Made by a program: the position numbers and the translations under genes
Notes under the pieces: generated by a model
The model's database searches: none
Seen by the model: only the letters and a program-made list of their open reading frames with translations
Told to the model about the DNA's origin: nothing
NCBI GenBank assembly: GCA_029717555.1
Contig: JAMDHS010000042.1
Location: 62,001-126,000 of the forward strand
Length of the DNA: 64,000 nucleotides
Direction: 5' to 3'
Source of the DNA: Peribolospora baueri
Taxonomy: Eukaryota
Part shown: piece after piece, positions 12,822-28,233 of the stretch
Layout of the letters: each line of letters opens with the position of its first letter
How positions within the stretch are numbered: the first letter of the stretch is position 1

Positions 12822-13795
12822 TCAAGCCGTTACTTGGCCGCTCGTCGTCCCGCTGCCTCCCGCCTCAGAGGCAACGTCCTTGCTCGTACCCTCAGCACCG
12901 ACCTCGCCATCCATCCAGCTCTCCTCTACGGTTTGCTTGACCCGCCGTACGTACTCCTTCATGTTCTCTCGGTAGAGCTGTGCAGCTTCAGCGTTGGCGG
13001 GGCTAAAAATGAAAAGCAAAGCGAGCGGCATCCAGAGCGAAAGCAAATCAAAATTGACGACGGCAATAGAAAATTGGTCAGGATGGAAAGACCAAGAAAA
13101 ACCATATTTCATATGTAGCCGCGACGTCTCTCCAGCGCACCTGTTAGGATTAGGGTCGTGTAGCAGGCTTTGAATGCTCGTCAGGATCGCAGCGACGTCG
13201 TACGTTGGGGACCAGCGGTTTTGCAAGATGTCCAGGCAAAGCTCGCCGTTGTTGTATACGTTGGGATGGAACATGCGGCTAAGGAACTTGACGGTGGGAG
13301 GTTTGTTTGGATATGACTCATCGAAGGTCATGAGGAGCTTGAAAGTGCCGTCTTCGAAGGGAGTGTCAGCTGCGATGTCGAACCGGCCGTGCAAGGAAAG
13401 AGCAGTCAGCCACACCGAGGCACAAACGGCAGCGCCGACGAGCCGCAAGTTCTAGGCGGTCGTCGCCACCGTGCGCCACACTACGGCCAGTTGCCACTCA
13501 CCAGGGCCGAAGATGACCGCGTTCCAAACGAGAATGTTGTCCGGACAAGGAGCTCCGCTAATGCCTCCCGGCGGGTCAGAAGAAAGGCGTTTGAAGTCAC
13601 GGATGAGACGGCGACGAGAAGTGGTGGACTGCGTTGCGAGGAGAAGTGGGTGCGCAGACCGACGTCGAGAAGATGCGAAGGTTAAGGGCAGATGAAAGTT
13701 AGCACAAGTTGGGCCACACATGCAAACGCGTCGGTAGCGGCTTCCATTTCAAAGTGCGAGGAGAACAAGGGAGGACGAATGGCCACACGCACCAT
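12822..13795 (-). CDS. RAD6: Ubiquitin-conjugating enzyme E2 Rad6, 4 exons (first coding exon is ATG only)
   Basis: [16 protein letters not shown]..., [38 protein letters not shown]. Confidence 0.96.
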
Positions 13796-14762
13796 GGTAT
13801 GAGCAGGGTGGAAGGATAGCCGAAGGTCGAGATGGTGAAGTGAGATCAGACGATGGAGTCGTCAACCACCGTAACTAAAGCCCGTCCCTCCCGGCCGTCG
13901 CTGGGCGGCTGCGGCAAGCCACGGGGTGCACCGTGCCGCAGCTGTTCCTCGAGCATTCACAGTCGTCTGCTTTGTTCTTACTCCGTCCATGTGATCTTCG
14001 CTGTTCTCAATTTCATCCTGCCGGCTCCCCTTCGTCTCCGCTTCCTCCAAGGAAGGCGCCAATGATGGAGCCGTTCTGGAGCCTCACTGTCCGTTCGGGG
14101 CAACGGAAGAAGAGGCGAGGAATTTGAAAAGAGAGGGTCGCTTAAGGGACAGGAGATTAGCCGAACTGCAGTTGAATGGGTCGAATGGGTCAAATGGCGG
14201 TCTCTGCCATGCCGTTCATGCGACTTTCCCGTCTGCTGGAACGTGGCTGAGGCTGCGGGACAAGATGCGGGGCCAAAGAAAACGAGGAGGGCGGACATGT
14301 GATGAGGCGGAGAGGAGACGAGATCGAGCCAGAACTCCTGCTGCTTCGCTAATTGACCATGAAGAGGTGCGAACGAAAGCTTGCACGGCGCGCTGGTGCG
14401 TCGGGCCGTCACGCTACGTAGCTTTATTTACTCGAGCATTGAAGTCCGCATTTTAATCGGTTCTCTCTTGCTGCTTTGATACCATCTATGTTGCCGTCAA
14501 AACCCTCCTCTCTCATCCTACCAAGCACATTGGGTCTTAACGTGGTGACAAAAACGATGAGGCGAGTGCTGTACCGTACGTATGTCTCTGGTCAGTGGGC
14601 CGGTGCGAAGTGGGAGTGGAGTATGAGATCGCAGTCGGGTCTATGGGTTGGCGCATTCGTACCCGTATTTTAAACGACCATGCTGCAATTTTGTGGAAGA
14701 CTACTACTACACGGGCCCCCCATATTCGCTTGGATTCTAGTCAAATAAAGGGAGGGTGGTTG

Positions 14763-16636
14763 TCAGGCTGCCGTTTTCATAGGTTGAACAACGGCAGGCT
14801 TGATTCCCAATTGATGGATCACGAACGAGTCTGACGGTCAAGAGAGGAGTCAGACGTTAACATACACCAACAACGGCCGCAATCAGAAAGATTGGCTGGC
14901 GCAACACTCTCACCTGTCGTACCGTCCAGGAACGCCCCGTTTGCGATGGGCTCCTCCCTTCCGCCCAGAGAATTAAGCACGTCCTGAGCGAGCACGCCAC
15001 CGAGAATGGCGCAAGTCGGAGAGAAGTCCGCCCGAGTGCTGACAGCCAGTCGCCTGAGCCCAGAAGGGAAACGCGAGTGAGGTTTGAAAATAGGCGACGA
15101 TGAGCGAGACGCGAGCTGCCAGCTGAGCCGCATGTGCAGATGAATCCCAGCGCTCACTCAAAGTCCTCCTCGGTCATTCCAATCAGCTCCGGCTCGACTC
15201 CTCTCTTTTTCATCTCGTCCTCAGCAGTTTTCAGAAGCTCTGGCGCCTGAGACGCCTCAGATGGCCATCGACCGTGGCGTACCTCAAACTCCCATGCGGC
15301 TGCACACAGTACGGGTTTTGGTCAGCAACATTGGACACGCTTTGGAACGCAGCGAAGGACGAACGATGACACCGCACCTAGGAGACCCCAAAATGTGGGG
15401 TTGAGCTTGAGTCGACGCATTTTGCGCTCGTTCAAACCAGCCCAAGTTTGCTGCAATGCCTCGGCAAGCGGTGGAAAGCTTTGAGCCTTCTTTATGCGCG
15501 TCTTTGGCCCATTGGGAGAGAAAATACGCTCTCTAATCAAAGAGACGAGGAAGACAGTCAATGGAAGATCAGTAGAAAGGATAGAAAGAGAAAATAAGGC
15601 TGAAGACGCCCACGTTATATACTCGTGATCACCCAAGTCTGCGAGGATGTATCCTCCGAGGCCGAAAGAGCCAGCGGCATAGAAGCGTTTTCCCTGCTTT
15701 CGGCAGAGCTCATCGATTGCGAGCTAGAGCGCAGCCAGCCAATGAGCAAAGACGCAAAAGCGGAGGAGAAAGAGTCGCGGACTCCACGGACGTTGGTGCT
15801 CACCGTCCTGGGACGAGTCTGATCCGTCACGCACACCACGTCCCAGTCGGCAGGCAAGGGTTGCCCACTTTCTGCCGAAGGGAACGAGGTCAACGCCATG
15901 ACTTCTACGAGCGGGTTGAGAGCGGCTATCCTTTCTTGAGCCGCTTCAACGCGCTGACAAGATGGTACGACGGCTCAAACGTCAATGGAGAGAATCCTCG
16001 GTGGTAGCAGAAGTGCCCCATCTCCGGGACCGACCAAAAGCGTCTATCCGACCCAACCTAAACAAGTTCACCCACCTTCTTCCCGACGTCCTCCTCTCTG
16101 AAGAAGAAGCCGGCTCCCAGGTCCTCCCATGTCACGTCTCCCTCGTCGGCGATGATGAGCTTGCCGATCCCGGAGAGCACCACGTTCTTGGCCACCTCTG
16201 TCGCTATTCCACGAAGAGGATAGAGAGCTACTGTCGCGTTGCGCATTCTGTAATGAGAAAAGTCGGCCGGTAGGCAATGTAAATCAAAAATGAATGTTAG
16301 GATGCGTACGAAAAAGAGAACCGCACATGCTGAGACGCTTCACCTTTGCTGTGCCTCTAGACCCCAAAGGCGGATCTGTCTGTCATAAAGCGCCGCCTCA
16401 TCTGTGGTGTGTCGAGCGAGCGAACGGTGAGCACAATGATGAAAATCGCGAAGCGTTGCATCGGTGTACGACTTCGATAACGAGGAAACGACGACAGCTC
16501 GCTCCTGACTGGAGACCGTGCGGGGTAGAAGGGAGACGAAGAAAGCAAACATCCAAGCCGGCCCAGTCTCCAGCTTACCTTCTGTCACATCGAACTCCCC
16601 CTTCGTCCCCGGCTTGGGGGCTTCCGCGTCGACCAT
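14763..16636 (-). CDS. AOS1: SUMO-activating enzyme E1 subunit Aos1/SAE1, 9 exons
   Basis: DEAALYDRQIRLWGLEAQQRMR, EVAKNVVLSGIG, LNPLVEV, FSPTCAILGGVLAQDVLN. Confidence 0.92.
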
Positions 16637-16967
16637 CGCTGCTGTCCCCAGAAAGGATATGGAGGATGGAATCTGTGGTAGTGTATTGACGAGGAAAGCG
16701 TATAATCGAAGCGGAGAGTGGTTGTAGGAGGCGAGCCAGTGAGAGTGCATTCGAGCATTTGAGGTGATCGATCGATTGCGGCGGCTCTCTACGCGTTCGC
16801 GCGCGCTGGCCAATTTTGCCTGCATAGATAGATATGCATGCATGCGCAGGATGGAACAGGCAAGCAGACAATGACGACGGCGGCCAAATGGAGGCGAAAT
16901 TACTTTCAGATTCTCAATCGACCTCGGGTAATCGTACAAGCAATTCCCCTCACTTCCACACCAAGCT

Positions 16968-18338
16968 TCACTGCCTCGCGAACGTGACCTTCATCCTAGC
17001 CTCCTCCGCATCGCCCTCACCACCGCCGCTGCCGAAAGAGTAGCCATTGAGCACGTCTCTCGCCGCCGCCGAGCTGGCCTCGTCCGTGTACTCGACGAAC
17101 GCGATCGAGGCCTTGCCGGGGATGGTGCGCACTTCCACCAGATTGGGATACCTGCGGCGTGATGTAGGACGAAAAGGTGACCAGCCCGTGGGTAAAAACG
17201 TACGAACGCCTCGTGGTCGTTGAACCAAATAAAGGTGATGAATAGGTACTCACGCGCCAAACAGCTCTGTGAGCGAATCCCGACCAACCCCTTCCGGGAG
17301 TCCCTGCAAAAACAAGATCTTGTTCGGAGGCAGATACTCGTCCGGCATGGCGTGCGCTGGAGCCCGTTTCGCCGCTCCCGCAACCGCCGCTGCAGCTGCG
17401 TCGGTCGGCGTCCCCGCTGCCGCTGCCGTCTTTTCCGCTATCTTTCGAGCAAGCTCCTTTCGACGGAGGACGTTGTCGCGCCGGGAGATCTCTACAGCGT
17501 GACAACGACGGAGAAAAGAACAGCATCGCCAACGGGAGGTAATAGAGGGTCAGTAAAAAGGCACCCAGAAAGGTACCTAAAACAACAAACGTACTTTTGC
17601 GTTCCAATCGGCTCTTTTTGTGATCATCGAAATGCTCAGCGTCCAACTTCTTCACGACAACATCCGATCGCGTTCGTGAAAACGCGATTTGCTGACAACG
17701 GTCATGGACGGTGATGAAAGACGAGGGAGACAGTAAGCTTCAATCTACCCTCTGCAATGTATGTCGTGGGAGGGCATCCCTGTTGGAGGATGGTCTCGCC
17801 ACATCCATCGACTCACCATCGGCTTGCCGTATAGTGGGAAGCCTTTCACATCGCGAACGGCCTTCGCAGCTGTCGCCTTGTCCGCAAAGCTCACAAACGC
17901 TTGGCCGCGCATCCGAAGGTTTCGGTGCGCCACCACGGACAGCACTCGGCCGTAAGTGGAGAAGAGCGCCTGCAGAGATTGCTTGAGCACTTTGGAGTGG
18001 AGTGAGGGGGCAGACGAGAACACGGCCAAGACAATTAAGGGTGAGCGTCACGGATCACCTTGTCGGGCTCACAAATACATACCCGGAATCTTGACCCTCT
18101 CATTCAAGTTCTGAATGTAGATCGTCTCATTCGCATCCTCCGGCAAGGGTGGCTCTTCCTCGACCTTTTCCGCCCCCCCACTTGCCTCCTCCTTCACCTC
18201 TCCCTCCACTGGTTCTCTGGTGGCTCCCTCCGCTCCCTCCGCTCCCTCCGCAATCTCCATATCCGCCTCCTCCTTCACGACCTCTGTATCGGGAGCCTCC
18301 CCCTCAACGTTCGGCCGCGGTTCCGTTTCTACCTCCAT
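16968..18338 (-). CDS. U1A/U2B''-family snRNP protein with two RRMs, 5 exons
   Basis: ETIYIQNLNERVK, RNLRMRGQAFVSF, GFPLYGKPMQIAF, PDEYLPPNKILFLQGLP, IAFVEY, MKVTFARQ; U1A versus U2B'' not resolved. Confidence 0.9.
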
Positions 18339-18770
18339 TGTCGGTGTTGATGTGGTCAGACAGCGAGTCGTGGCATCGCGAGTCTCTCGCGCCCGTCGCT
18401 GCATCTTCGAGGTCGCTGCGGCATTCGGCCTTTGGCGGGTAGACGCGGAGAGCCTGCCTCTCCCGCATACGTAGCATGCGAAACCCCGCACGGCAGCCTC
18501 CGATCACCTTCACGCGGAGTGTCACCAGGGGCATTGTTCGGGAGCCGAGCTCAACCAACTCGCCCTCGACCGCACCGTTGGCTTCTAGTAGATACCTTTC
18601 TGCTACGCCTTTATCGTATTGTGGGTCCGGCTCTGTCTTCATCATTGTGTAACTACATCTCGATTGAGAGAAGGCGTGAGGGCGCAGAGAATGGCAAGTG
18701 ACAGCTCCCTTCCTATCTTGCCCTTGCAATGGGAATGCGTGTTCATAACAAGAACTGACGAGGCAGGTAT

Positions 18771-19925
18771 TCATGACACCAATTTGACAAATCCGGAATC
18801 CTTGACCGTCTTAAGCGTGCGCGTTGGGGGTAGCAGGTTGGTCAAGATGTAGTCGCCGTCTGACAAAGAAGTAAAGACGGGGGCAGATGTCAGTAAGCGC
18901 CAAACACGCTCATCGCAGCCATCTCGGATCCCGAGAAACGCACTGGGTAAATCGTTGTTGTCCGCTCGCCAAAGTGCCTCAGCCTCGTCCCGAGCGACGC
19001 CGGTCTCGACGTGTCGCAGCCGCAGTCTTTCCCTCGCCTCGCTTCTATCTATCGAGACAAACCAGCGCTCGTCAAAGCTCAACCCTGCTCGGCGCCATGG
19101 GTCTACGTCGAGCTGGAGGTAGAGGCCCTCAAGTACTACGATGCGATGAGTAGGGAGGATCTTGATGGCGCCTTCAGTGGGGTCCTTGAGCGAATGCGAG
19201 AACGAGGGCGCCGAAAGAACATTAGTTGGAGGAGCAGTGGTTGCTGCCTTGGAATCCATAGTCACTTGAGGTGCGTCTGAGATGGGCGCTCGAAGCAGGG
19301 CCACAAAATCGACGAATGCCTAAGGCGTAGAGCAAGAGAAGTATACACGAGCGGATCGTTGATCGTCTGTCACCTGTCTGTCACTAAAGATTCGCGAGAT
19401 CATAAGGTATGACCACTCTTGCTTCCAGTTGAAGCTTACCTGGGCATTAAACGTGAAAGCGGCACCCCTGCGATCGTACGCCTCCTTCACGTTGTCGAAC
19501 TTGTCCAGCTCAGCCCTCGAATAGTGCCAACCATCCATGCCGACCATGATCGCTATATTGCTGTCGCCGTTAGCACCAACGTCTGGACGCCCAGCGGCGA
19601 GTTGACGGTTGACACGAGCGACCACAGCGGCGGCCAGTACAGACTTCCCCGAAGCTGGGATGCCGGCTACGCCTATAAGGACTCGCTCGTTTGAGGGCTT
19701 GCTAAGTGATCGAACAAAAACAAATAAAAAGAAACGAAAGGAGCAGCAAGATCGTCCTTAAATAGAGTGAGTCAGTCAGTCTTCGAAGGACGACGCAGAG
19801 CGAGAGCGTTGGCATGACATCTGGGAGGACAGTGTCCTCAAGAAGGGCAATGACCTTATGGAACCATCTTACCCCTTGAGGAGCTGCACCAGATGGTCAG
19901 CTAGTTCGTCCACCAGTGCGTCCAT
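18771..19925 (-). CDS. P-loop kinase of the phosphoribulokinase/uridine kinase/pantothenate kinase-like family (Yfh7-like), 4 exons
   Basis: IGVAGIPASGKS (Walker A), GMDGWHYSRAELD, RRGAAFTF, APSFSHSLKDP, VVLEGLYL. Confidence 0.88.
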
Positions 19926-20466
19926 GTCTGCGAGGTCGAGGGCAAGACAGAGCCAGGATAAGGTACGAGATCAAGCGCGACCGATCGCTTCGCCGTCGCG
20001 ACAGTTCGCAGATGTGCATTCGGGCGTGGGAAAAATTTGTGCGAACAGAAAAGCAGAGCCTCGGCGCCGAATCTACGAGGATCGGAGATGCCTGAGCCGG
20101 CGAGAACCGCGGGGAAGACAACGAGTGGAAGCTATATACACGCGTCGGCGTGATGGTAGAGCCAAAAAGCGAAAACCAGCAGCCGACGGAGAATACCGAC
20201 ATGGGGGAAGAGAAGCAGAAGCGATGAAGAGCGACGTACCGCTCCATGGGCGGGACCAATCACGTACATATCACGTGCATTTACAACCCACACTTATGTA
20301 AGCTACAAGAATTATGTTAGGGAATAAACCAAATACGAAGGTTGAAATCGATATGGAAAATTCCCATATATTGAAGCTCTTGGATTAGATACTACCTCGT
20401 CAAATGCGGCCACCACCACGACTGCCTCTACCAACTCGCTTGCGGACTTGAAGACCAAGAAGCGCC

Positions 20467-21404
20467 ATGATTCCGCCTCCGATCAACTTCAACAAGGTGA
20501 GCGGAGGACTTGTGCTGCGAGTCTGGCTGTGGTTTTAGCCGGGTGTAACTCACAAAAAGCTAATCACAACGATTCGTTCTTATTCGTCGCAACCGGAACC
20601 GTCGCAGTGGCTCGTCGAGAACGAGCAACTGCTCAAGCCTCCCGTGGGCAATTACTGTCTGTACAAGTCCAAGGACTACACCGTGATGGTCGTCGGTGGG
20701 CCGAACACCAGGAATGACTATCACATCAACGAGACCGAGGCGAGTTTATGCGCCTCGCGTTTAGCTTGCACTCCATGTCGAGCAGCGTGAGCCGGGGGCT
20801 CCCTCCCCATCTGACCGTGATGATCTCCTTTTTGGCTTCGAAATTATTCACTATCGCTTCGATCGTCTGTTTGATTCCATTACGCAGGAGTTCTTCTACC
20901 AAGTAAAGGGTGACATGCTGCTCAAGATCGTCGAGGACAACAAGTTCCGAGACATCCCCATTGAAGAAGGCGGCATGTTTATGCTTCCTGGTGCGTCCTC
21001 AGAGCCCACGTTGGCTCCCTCTTCGACTGTCCGCTTCAGGCCTGGCTTGACAATTTTCTCCACGTCCAGCCAATACTCCGCACAACCCCAATCGGTTCGC
21101 CGACACCATCGGCATTGTAGTAGAGCGCACACGACCGGAAGGGTCGCAAGGTGAGCCCAGGCCCTTATTGGTACCTGACAATCGGCGGGAATGGCTGACT
21201 CGTCCGACGCTGCGTGAATTGCATGAAGATATCCTTCGCTGGTACTGCAAGAACCCTGAGCACACCACGCCGACGGTTATCCGCCAAGAAAGCTTCCACT
21301 GCACCGACCTGGGCACGCAGCTCAAGCCCATCATCGACAAGTGGATGAACGATGCAGAGGGCAGGAGGTGCCAGGAGTGCGGTCAGGTCGCCGAGGCCAA
21401 ATAA
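20467..21404 (+). CDS. BNA1: 3-hydroxyanthranilate 3,4-dioxygenase, 5 exons
   Basis: [54 protein letters not shown]; intron 2 (20740-20887) is GC-AG. Confidence 0.95.
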
Positions 21405-21566
21405 GAGCCCATTGAGCGCCACATCGCGTTCCGTTTCATTTGTAGCGTCCCTCCCAAGGACAAGGAATGTAGCAAGGGATCGAATAGGATATCTGTACTT
21501 CGTGTAAGCAGCGACGGAACGGCAGAACACATGACATTGGGCGCACACCATTCACATGACCCCTCA

Positions 21567-24044
21567 TCACCCCGGCAAATCCTTCAACACGAAAATGTCC
21601 TGCTCGACCCTCTGCTCCGCGAGACGCAAAGTCCTGATCGTCTCGTTCAGCTTAGCGAGCGCTTCGCGGTCCCTGCTCGTAAGGAGCTTCTCCATGTCGT
21701 TCTGCACGTCCGTCCTCTCCGCCTTGACCACCAGGGTGCTCTGCTTCTCCACTTCGACGCGTCGTCGCTCGTAGATGTTGCAGAGTGTCTTGTACAAGTG
21801 GTCCAGGAGCCAAGCGCGCACCTTGGAGAGGTCGACATACCAGTAGTAGAGCGTGCGCGAAGGAGCGCGGTCGGCCGATTTGGGTACCTCCTGGAGCTCG
21901 ATCAATGACGAAGTAGATAGGACAGAGATGACCGCGCGCGCGTCCTTGGGCGCGAGCATGGCGATCTTGGCAATCTGCGGGGAGAGAATCGAGTAAGTCG
22001 GAATAGCCTGCGGGGCTCCCCAAACTGGCCGAACGGATGAGCTAGTCCACTCGCCTGTCCTTCATTGAGCTTGCCCTTGTCAAGGAGGATGCTCATGATT
22101 CTGACCGCATGCGTCCCAAACTTGTCCTCCACCACGCTTCTTAAAACCCTCATCTTGAACCTCCTGCAGATCTCCTCAAACTCGATAGTGAAGCTGCTTC
22201 CCCCGGCCCTCCCGCTCGTAGACCCCCCACCAGCCGCTGTCGTGCGAGCAATGAAAGCGTTGCGGCGGCCTTGCGAAGAGATGTCGTCGTCGCAAGACAA
22301 GATCTGCATATACTCGGACAGGAGACTTGAACCGGTGGGTCTAGATTTGGAAGGGAAGGACTCCTTGTTCATGCCTTTCGTTATGTTGAATTTGGACAAT
22401 TTCTCCAGTCGGTTCCATAGAATGTTGACCGAGATGGGGTCTGCACACGAAGCAGGACGGTGGTAGAGAGAAAAGTCAGACCTAAAAGCAGGCAGCTCCT
22501 TACTGCTCTCTAGACAAGTATGAACGTACCAGATCGAACGTCGGCTAAGCTTTTCTGCTTGTCTTCGTTCATATCCAGCATTCCCTTTACGATTGTGCCC
22601 ACTGTGGCATTATACCGTGACGTAGCAGCTTTGACGATCAGGTCGTTACGGAAGGCGAGTTCAAAGCGCTCGTAATTGACGCGAAAGTAGACTGCCGGCT
22701 ACGTCCAATGAAAGGCAAAACAATTGAGCGCCAAATCAATGTCATCCGGCGTAAAGGTCACACGCGAACGGAAGTTGTGCGCTAGGCACACGTGAAGCAA
22801 GCAGCTGTGGACTCACGTCAACCTCCATGTCGTTGTCACCATCGTCATCCCCTCCCGTCGCGGACGCTACAATAACCTTTGCCGACTTTGACGACGTTCT
22901 GCTTTTTTTGGACGCATGTCCGTTGAGAGCGGCAGCCGCCTTGCGCTTCCGCTGTCGAGACAAACAAAAATGCACATACAGCCAGGTCCAATAATGAGCT
23001 CATGCTGGTTGGGGGCGACCGCATTGTTAAGGGCCTTGTGAAGATCAATAAAAGGCGATGATCACTGACCAGACCGCCACCTCTTTTCTTCTCCTCTTCC
23101 ATTTCCTCCCGCAACCGCACCTCGACCTTGATGCGGATCTCCTTCAATTCCTTCGGGGTCACTACGCCTTTGATTTTAAGCCTTTCCTCTTTCTCCCAGG
23201 CAATCAGTTTGTCGCGAGGGGAAATATGCGCCGATACCAGGGATGGAAGCAGATATGACTTTGCGACGAGACGTTGAAAAGTCGTTTGCAGGACGCTTGA
23301 TCCTGAAAGAGTAGAGTGACAGGTAAGGAGGACGTTCAAAACCATGATAAAAGATCGTCGACGGAAGGATAATTGTCGCTCACTCTTCGCGTCCACTCCA
23401 GCAATTTGTTCTACGACGTCCGCTATTCGTAGCTTGCCATTAAGCAGAACTACTTCAACAATTTCACCTGCCTGAATCGTATTATACGAGCAGAAGGAGT
23501 GAAGTGAGCTCTTGAAAACATCACCGGAGTTTTACACGTAGCCCATTTGTTTCTAGGGTGGTGCCCAAGCCAGACGACGCTCATGTAGCCAAAAAAATAT
23601 AACTCACCTCAACGCCGTACTTCTCCTTCGCCGCCATTACATACCTCCCAAACCTTTGACGATGGAGTATCTCGTCTGCATTAATCTCAAAGTATTCCAC
23701 CATCCTCTCTCCCTCGTCGATTCGCGTGTGCCAGAGGCAGTTGTGCTGCACAAGGATGATGATCGACGCTTGTATGATTGTTCGGCGTAAGCCTGAGAAG
23801 CGCATGATGGTGGGAAGGGAGAGACGGCCACGGTGAAGGAGTGTCGATGCAACTTTCTGAGAGCGGAGGCCGCAGGGGGGAGGTGCGCGAGTCAGAAGGA
23901 GGCCATCAACAGAGTGAAAGAGTCAGCCTCCACGCGCGACGAATGGGTAGGACCTGTCTTGTAGGCAACACTCACCGCCACGGACTCTCCAAACTGGTCA
24001 GAGATAACCAGCTCGCATATGCGAGCCTTTTCTTTCGTCGTCAT
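21567..24044 (-). CDS. RPC82: RNA polymerase III subunit C82/RPC3, 8 exons
   Basis: VASTLLHRGRLSLPTI, IILVQHN, YFRVNYERF, ELQEVPKSADRAPSRTLYYWYVD; last intron (21975-22054) is GC-AG. Confidence 0.9.
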
Positions 24045-24510
24045 GATTCAACGCCGTCCCGAGGCTCGTCCGAGTCGTCAGAAAAAGAAAGCAAAAGAAA
24101 GAGGTCGACCAGATTGCCTTGCGCGGCCGCCGAAGCTGCGATCGCGAAGGGAGGAGAGAACAGAGAGGGAGGTGACAGCGGGAGAACGCTGACGGAAGGG
24201 GTGGGTCACAAGGGGCTCATGGCTAGGGAGAAAGGTCAGGATGATGGTCAAAGGGTGACTTCGTCCACTTTTGGCCCAGCGATGTTAGAAAAGTCTGGGC
24301 CGGAGCATGATCGCTGAAGTGCTGCGGCGGCCGGAGCGTCCGGACCCCCTACTTGACCCATCGTGCAGCGCTCGACTCTTCCGTACGGACAACGCTTACA
24401 GTGCGCCTGATCGCAGTACAAGAACTAGGTGTGGATTACGTCGACAAACGGAGAACTCGCATACTGTACACGGAAGCAGGCGTCGCGTGCGGAACGAAGG
24501 GGCGGACGGG

Positions 24511-26147
24511 TCAGATGAAGTCGGACAGACCTACCGAGTCGTCTCCGCGCTTATCTGCCCGTCGTCGGGTAGGGCTGGGTCGGGAGACGAGCCGGCCAAG
24601 CTGCCTAAGGATCACCTCGGCATCGTCTCCCCACTTCAAGGTATCGCCTCGAAGTATGTCAGAGCGAACTTGGTGCTGGATGTCCTCGACGAGATAGAAC
24701 GTGTGAACATCCCTCCTCACGCCGTTGACCTGCATCTCCTGCAATCCCGCCAACACGCCTGACAAGTTGCGGAAACACAACCAGAGTGTGCGAAGGTACT
24801 CGTTGTACACGGACGTCGTGCAGCCGAGCACGTACGATTCCAGGCTGGCGGTGCGGGCGTAGCGGAAGAGAGCAAGGGAGAGGTGCGGATTAGAGTAGGT
24901 GTCGCGGAAGATGGATATGAGGTGGGTAAGGAGGTGAGGATAGATGGGGTTGAAGGCGAAAGCAGCCTTCGGCACGCTGGCAACGTCACCGGTCGGTGCA
25001 TGCTTGGCATCCTGCCCCTCTGCCCGTTTCGCAGCTCCAAACACGGCCCTGTGCGCCCATTCGAGGAGCTCGAGATCGCTCTCGCACATCCCCATCTCCT
25101 CCTTCGCCTTGTCCACCTGGTCCTCCAACGCACTGGACCAGCCGAGCCCGACAATGTCGTCTTTGAAGCCTTCTTTCCGCTTTCGTACCCGCGCTTCTTG
25201 CTCGCGACGGATACGTCCCACGAAGTGCCCCAGGCCGAGCTCATCCTTCCTACTCGCAGTACCCAGACCTCCAAACGGGGATCCGAACGAAGCACTTTCA
25301 TCTCCGAAAGTTCCCTTGTCGGAACCCTTGGGGCCTCTGGAGATGGATTCGTAAAGCACCTTGAACACTCCATCAAATGCTTGAGTCTCGCTGACGGTCA
25401 GAGACTTGCGCCTTCGTACATGGTCCAAGTTCATCCTTTCGCCCTCTCGAGGACTTCCGCGATTAGTGGCGGCGTCCGGGACGCCGAACAGGTCTGCCGT
25501 CCGAACGTTGCGAGCGGTCGGGAAAGCCGTAGAGTTCCATAAGCTCTCGTCCTTGCTCCTGACAGATGAACGTTCCCTCCGTGGATCAGAAGAGGGGAGT
25601 TCATCAGTGCGAGAGAAGGCCTCTGGGCCGGCGAACAAGTCGGAGAAGGCAGCCTCGGATGACGCCGTCGCCTCTCCCGATGCATCTTCGTTTGTAGGGC
25701 GGAGCGATTCCCAGCTGGATGGAGAACGTAAAGGCCTCGAATTTAGCGCACGAAGGTTCTTCTGCGGAGAGAGCGAAGCAGACACTAACAAGGAAGGTGC
25801 ACCGTTCGAAACGGATTGGCTCTGCACTCCGTCCGCCCCGCCTAATCCCGTCCCACCCTCCGCCACTCGTTCTTTTGGGTGACCCTCAAGCTCATTCGGA
25901 TTTGGCACCGAAGAGACTGTGGTAGTCTTCTTCGGCTGCTCTTCCTCTAAATGCCGGCGCGAGCCCGAGAAATATCGAGCTGAAACGCGATTCCAGTGGC
26001 GGGGGCCTGGGGTGCGAAGATCGAACAGGAGTGAGCCGTGGGCGGGACGGAAGGAAACACGGGCAGGGCCGGTAGAATACGAGGCTCACCGCCGAAGACA
26101 GCACGATTGACCGCCGCGCAGGCTGGGCAAGCAGACCTGAGGCTCAT
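24511..26147 (-). CDS. Mitochondrial Mtf2/Nam1-like protein (PPR-like C-terminal domain), 2 exons
   Basis: Presequence-like exon 1 (MSLRSACPACAAVNRAVFG) splices in frame to ARYFSGSRRHL; C-terminus YPHLL...SYVLGCTTSVYNEYL..W...EMQVNGV; start could be further upstream. Confidence 0.75.
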
Positions 26148-26550
26148 CCTCGTTGACGTTATTAACCATTTCATCGTTTGGCGAGCGGTCGTGCACATTG
26201 TCGAGAAGAGAGGTCCAACTTGCTGCGGCGCTTCCCACGGCCGGAGGCCCACCTGTCTGCCTGCCCGGTCGCGATCAGTTCGAGATGGCCTCCGCTTCTT
26301 CGCTCTGCATACCCGCCAACCATCTCGTTCGCTTCATCCCTCCGCTTCCATCCATCCGCTGGCGAGCTGGTGAGCGGACAGATCCCCAGATTATGTTGCT
26401 CCAAAGCCGTTGGGCCGAAAAGTAACCTTGTGCCTTGTGCTTCAATCAGATCCGGCGGCACCGATATATCCCTATCACCGTCGACCTGCGAAAATCTCCT
26501 GAGATTGTAGGGAGATTCTCACTCGGCCTTCGCAAGGCTTTCTCGTCATC

Positions 26551-28233
<1,683 letters not shown>

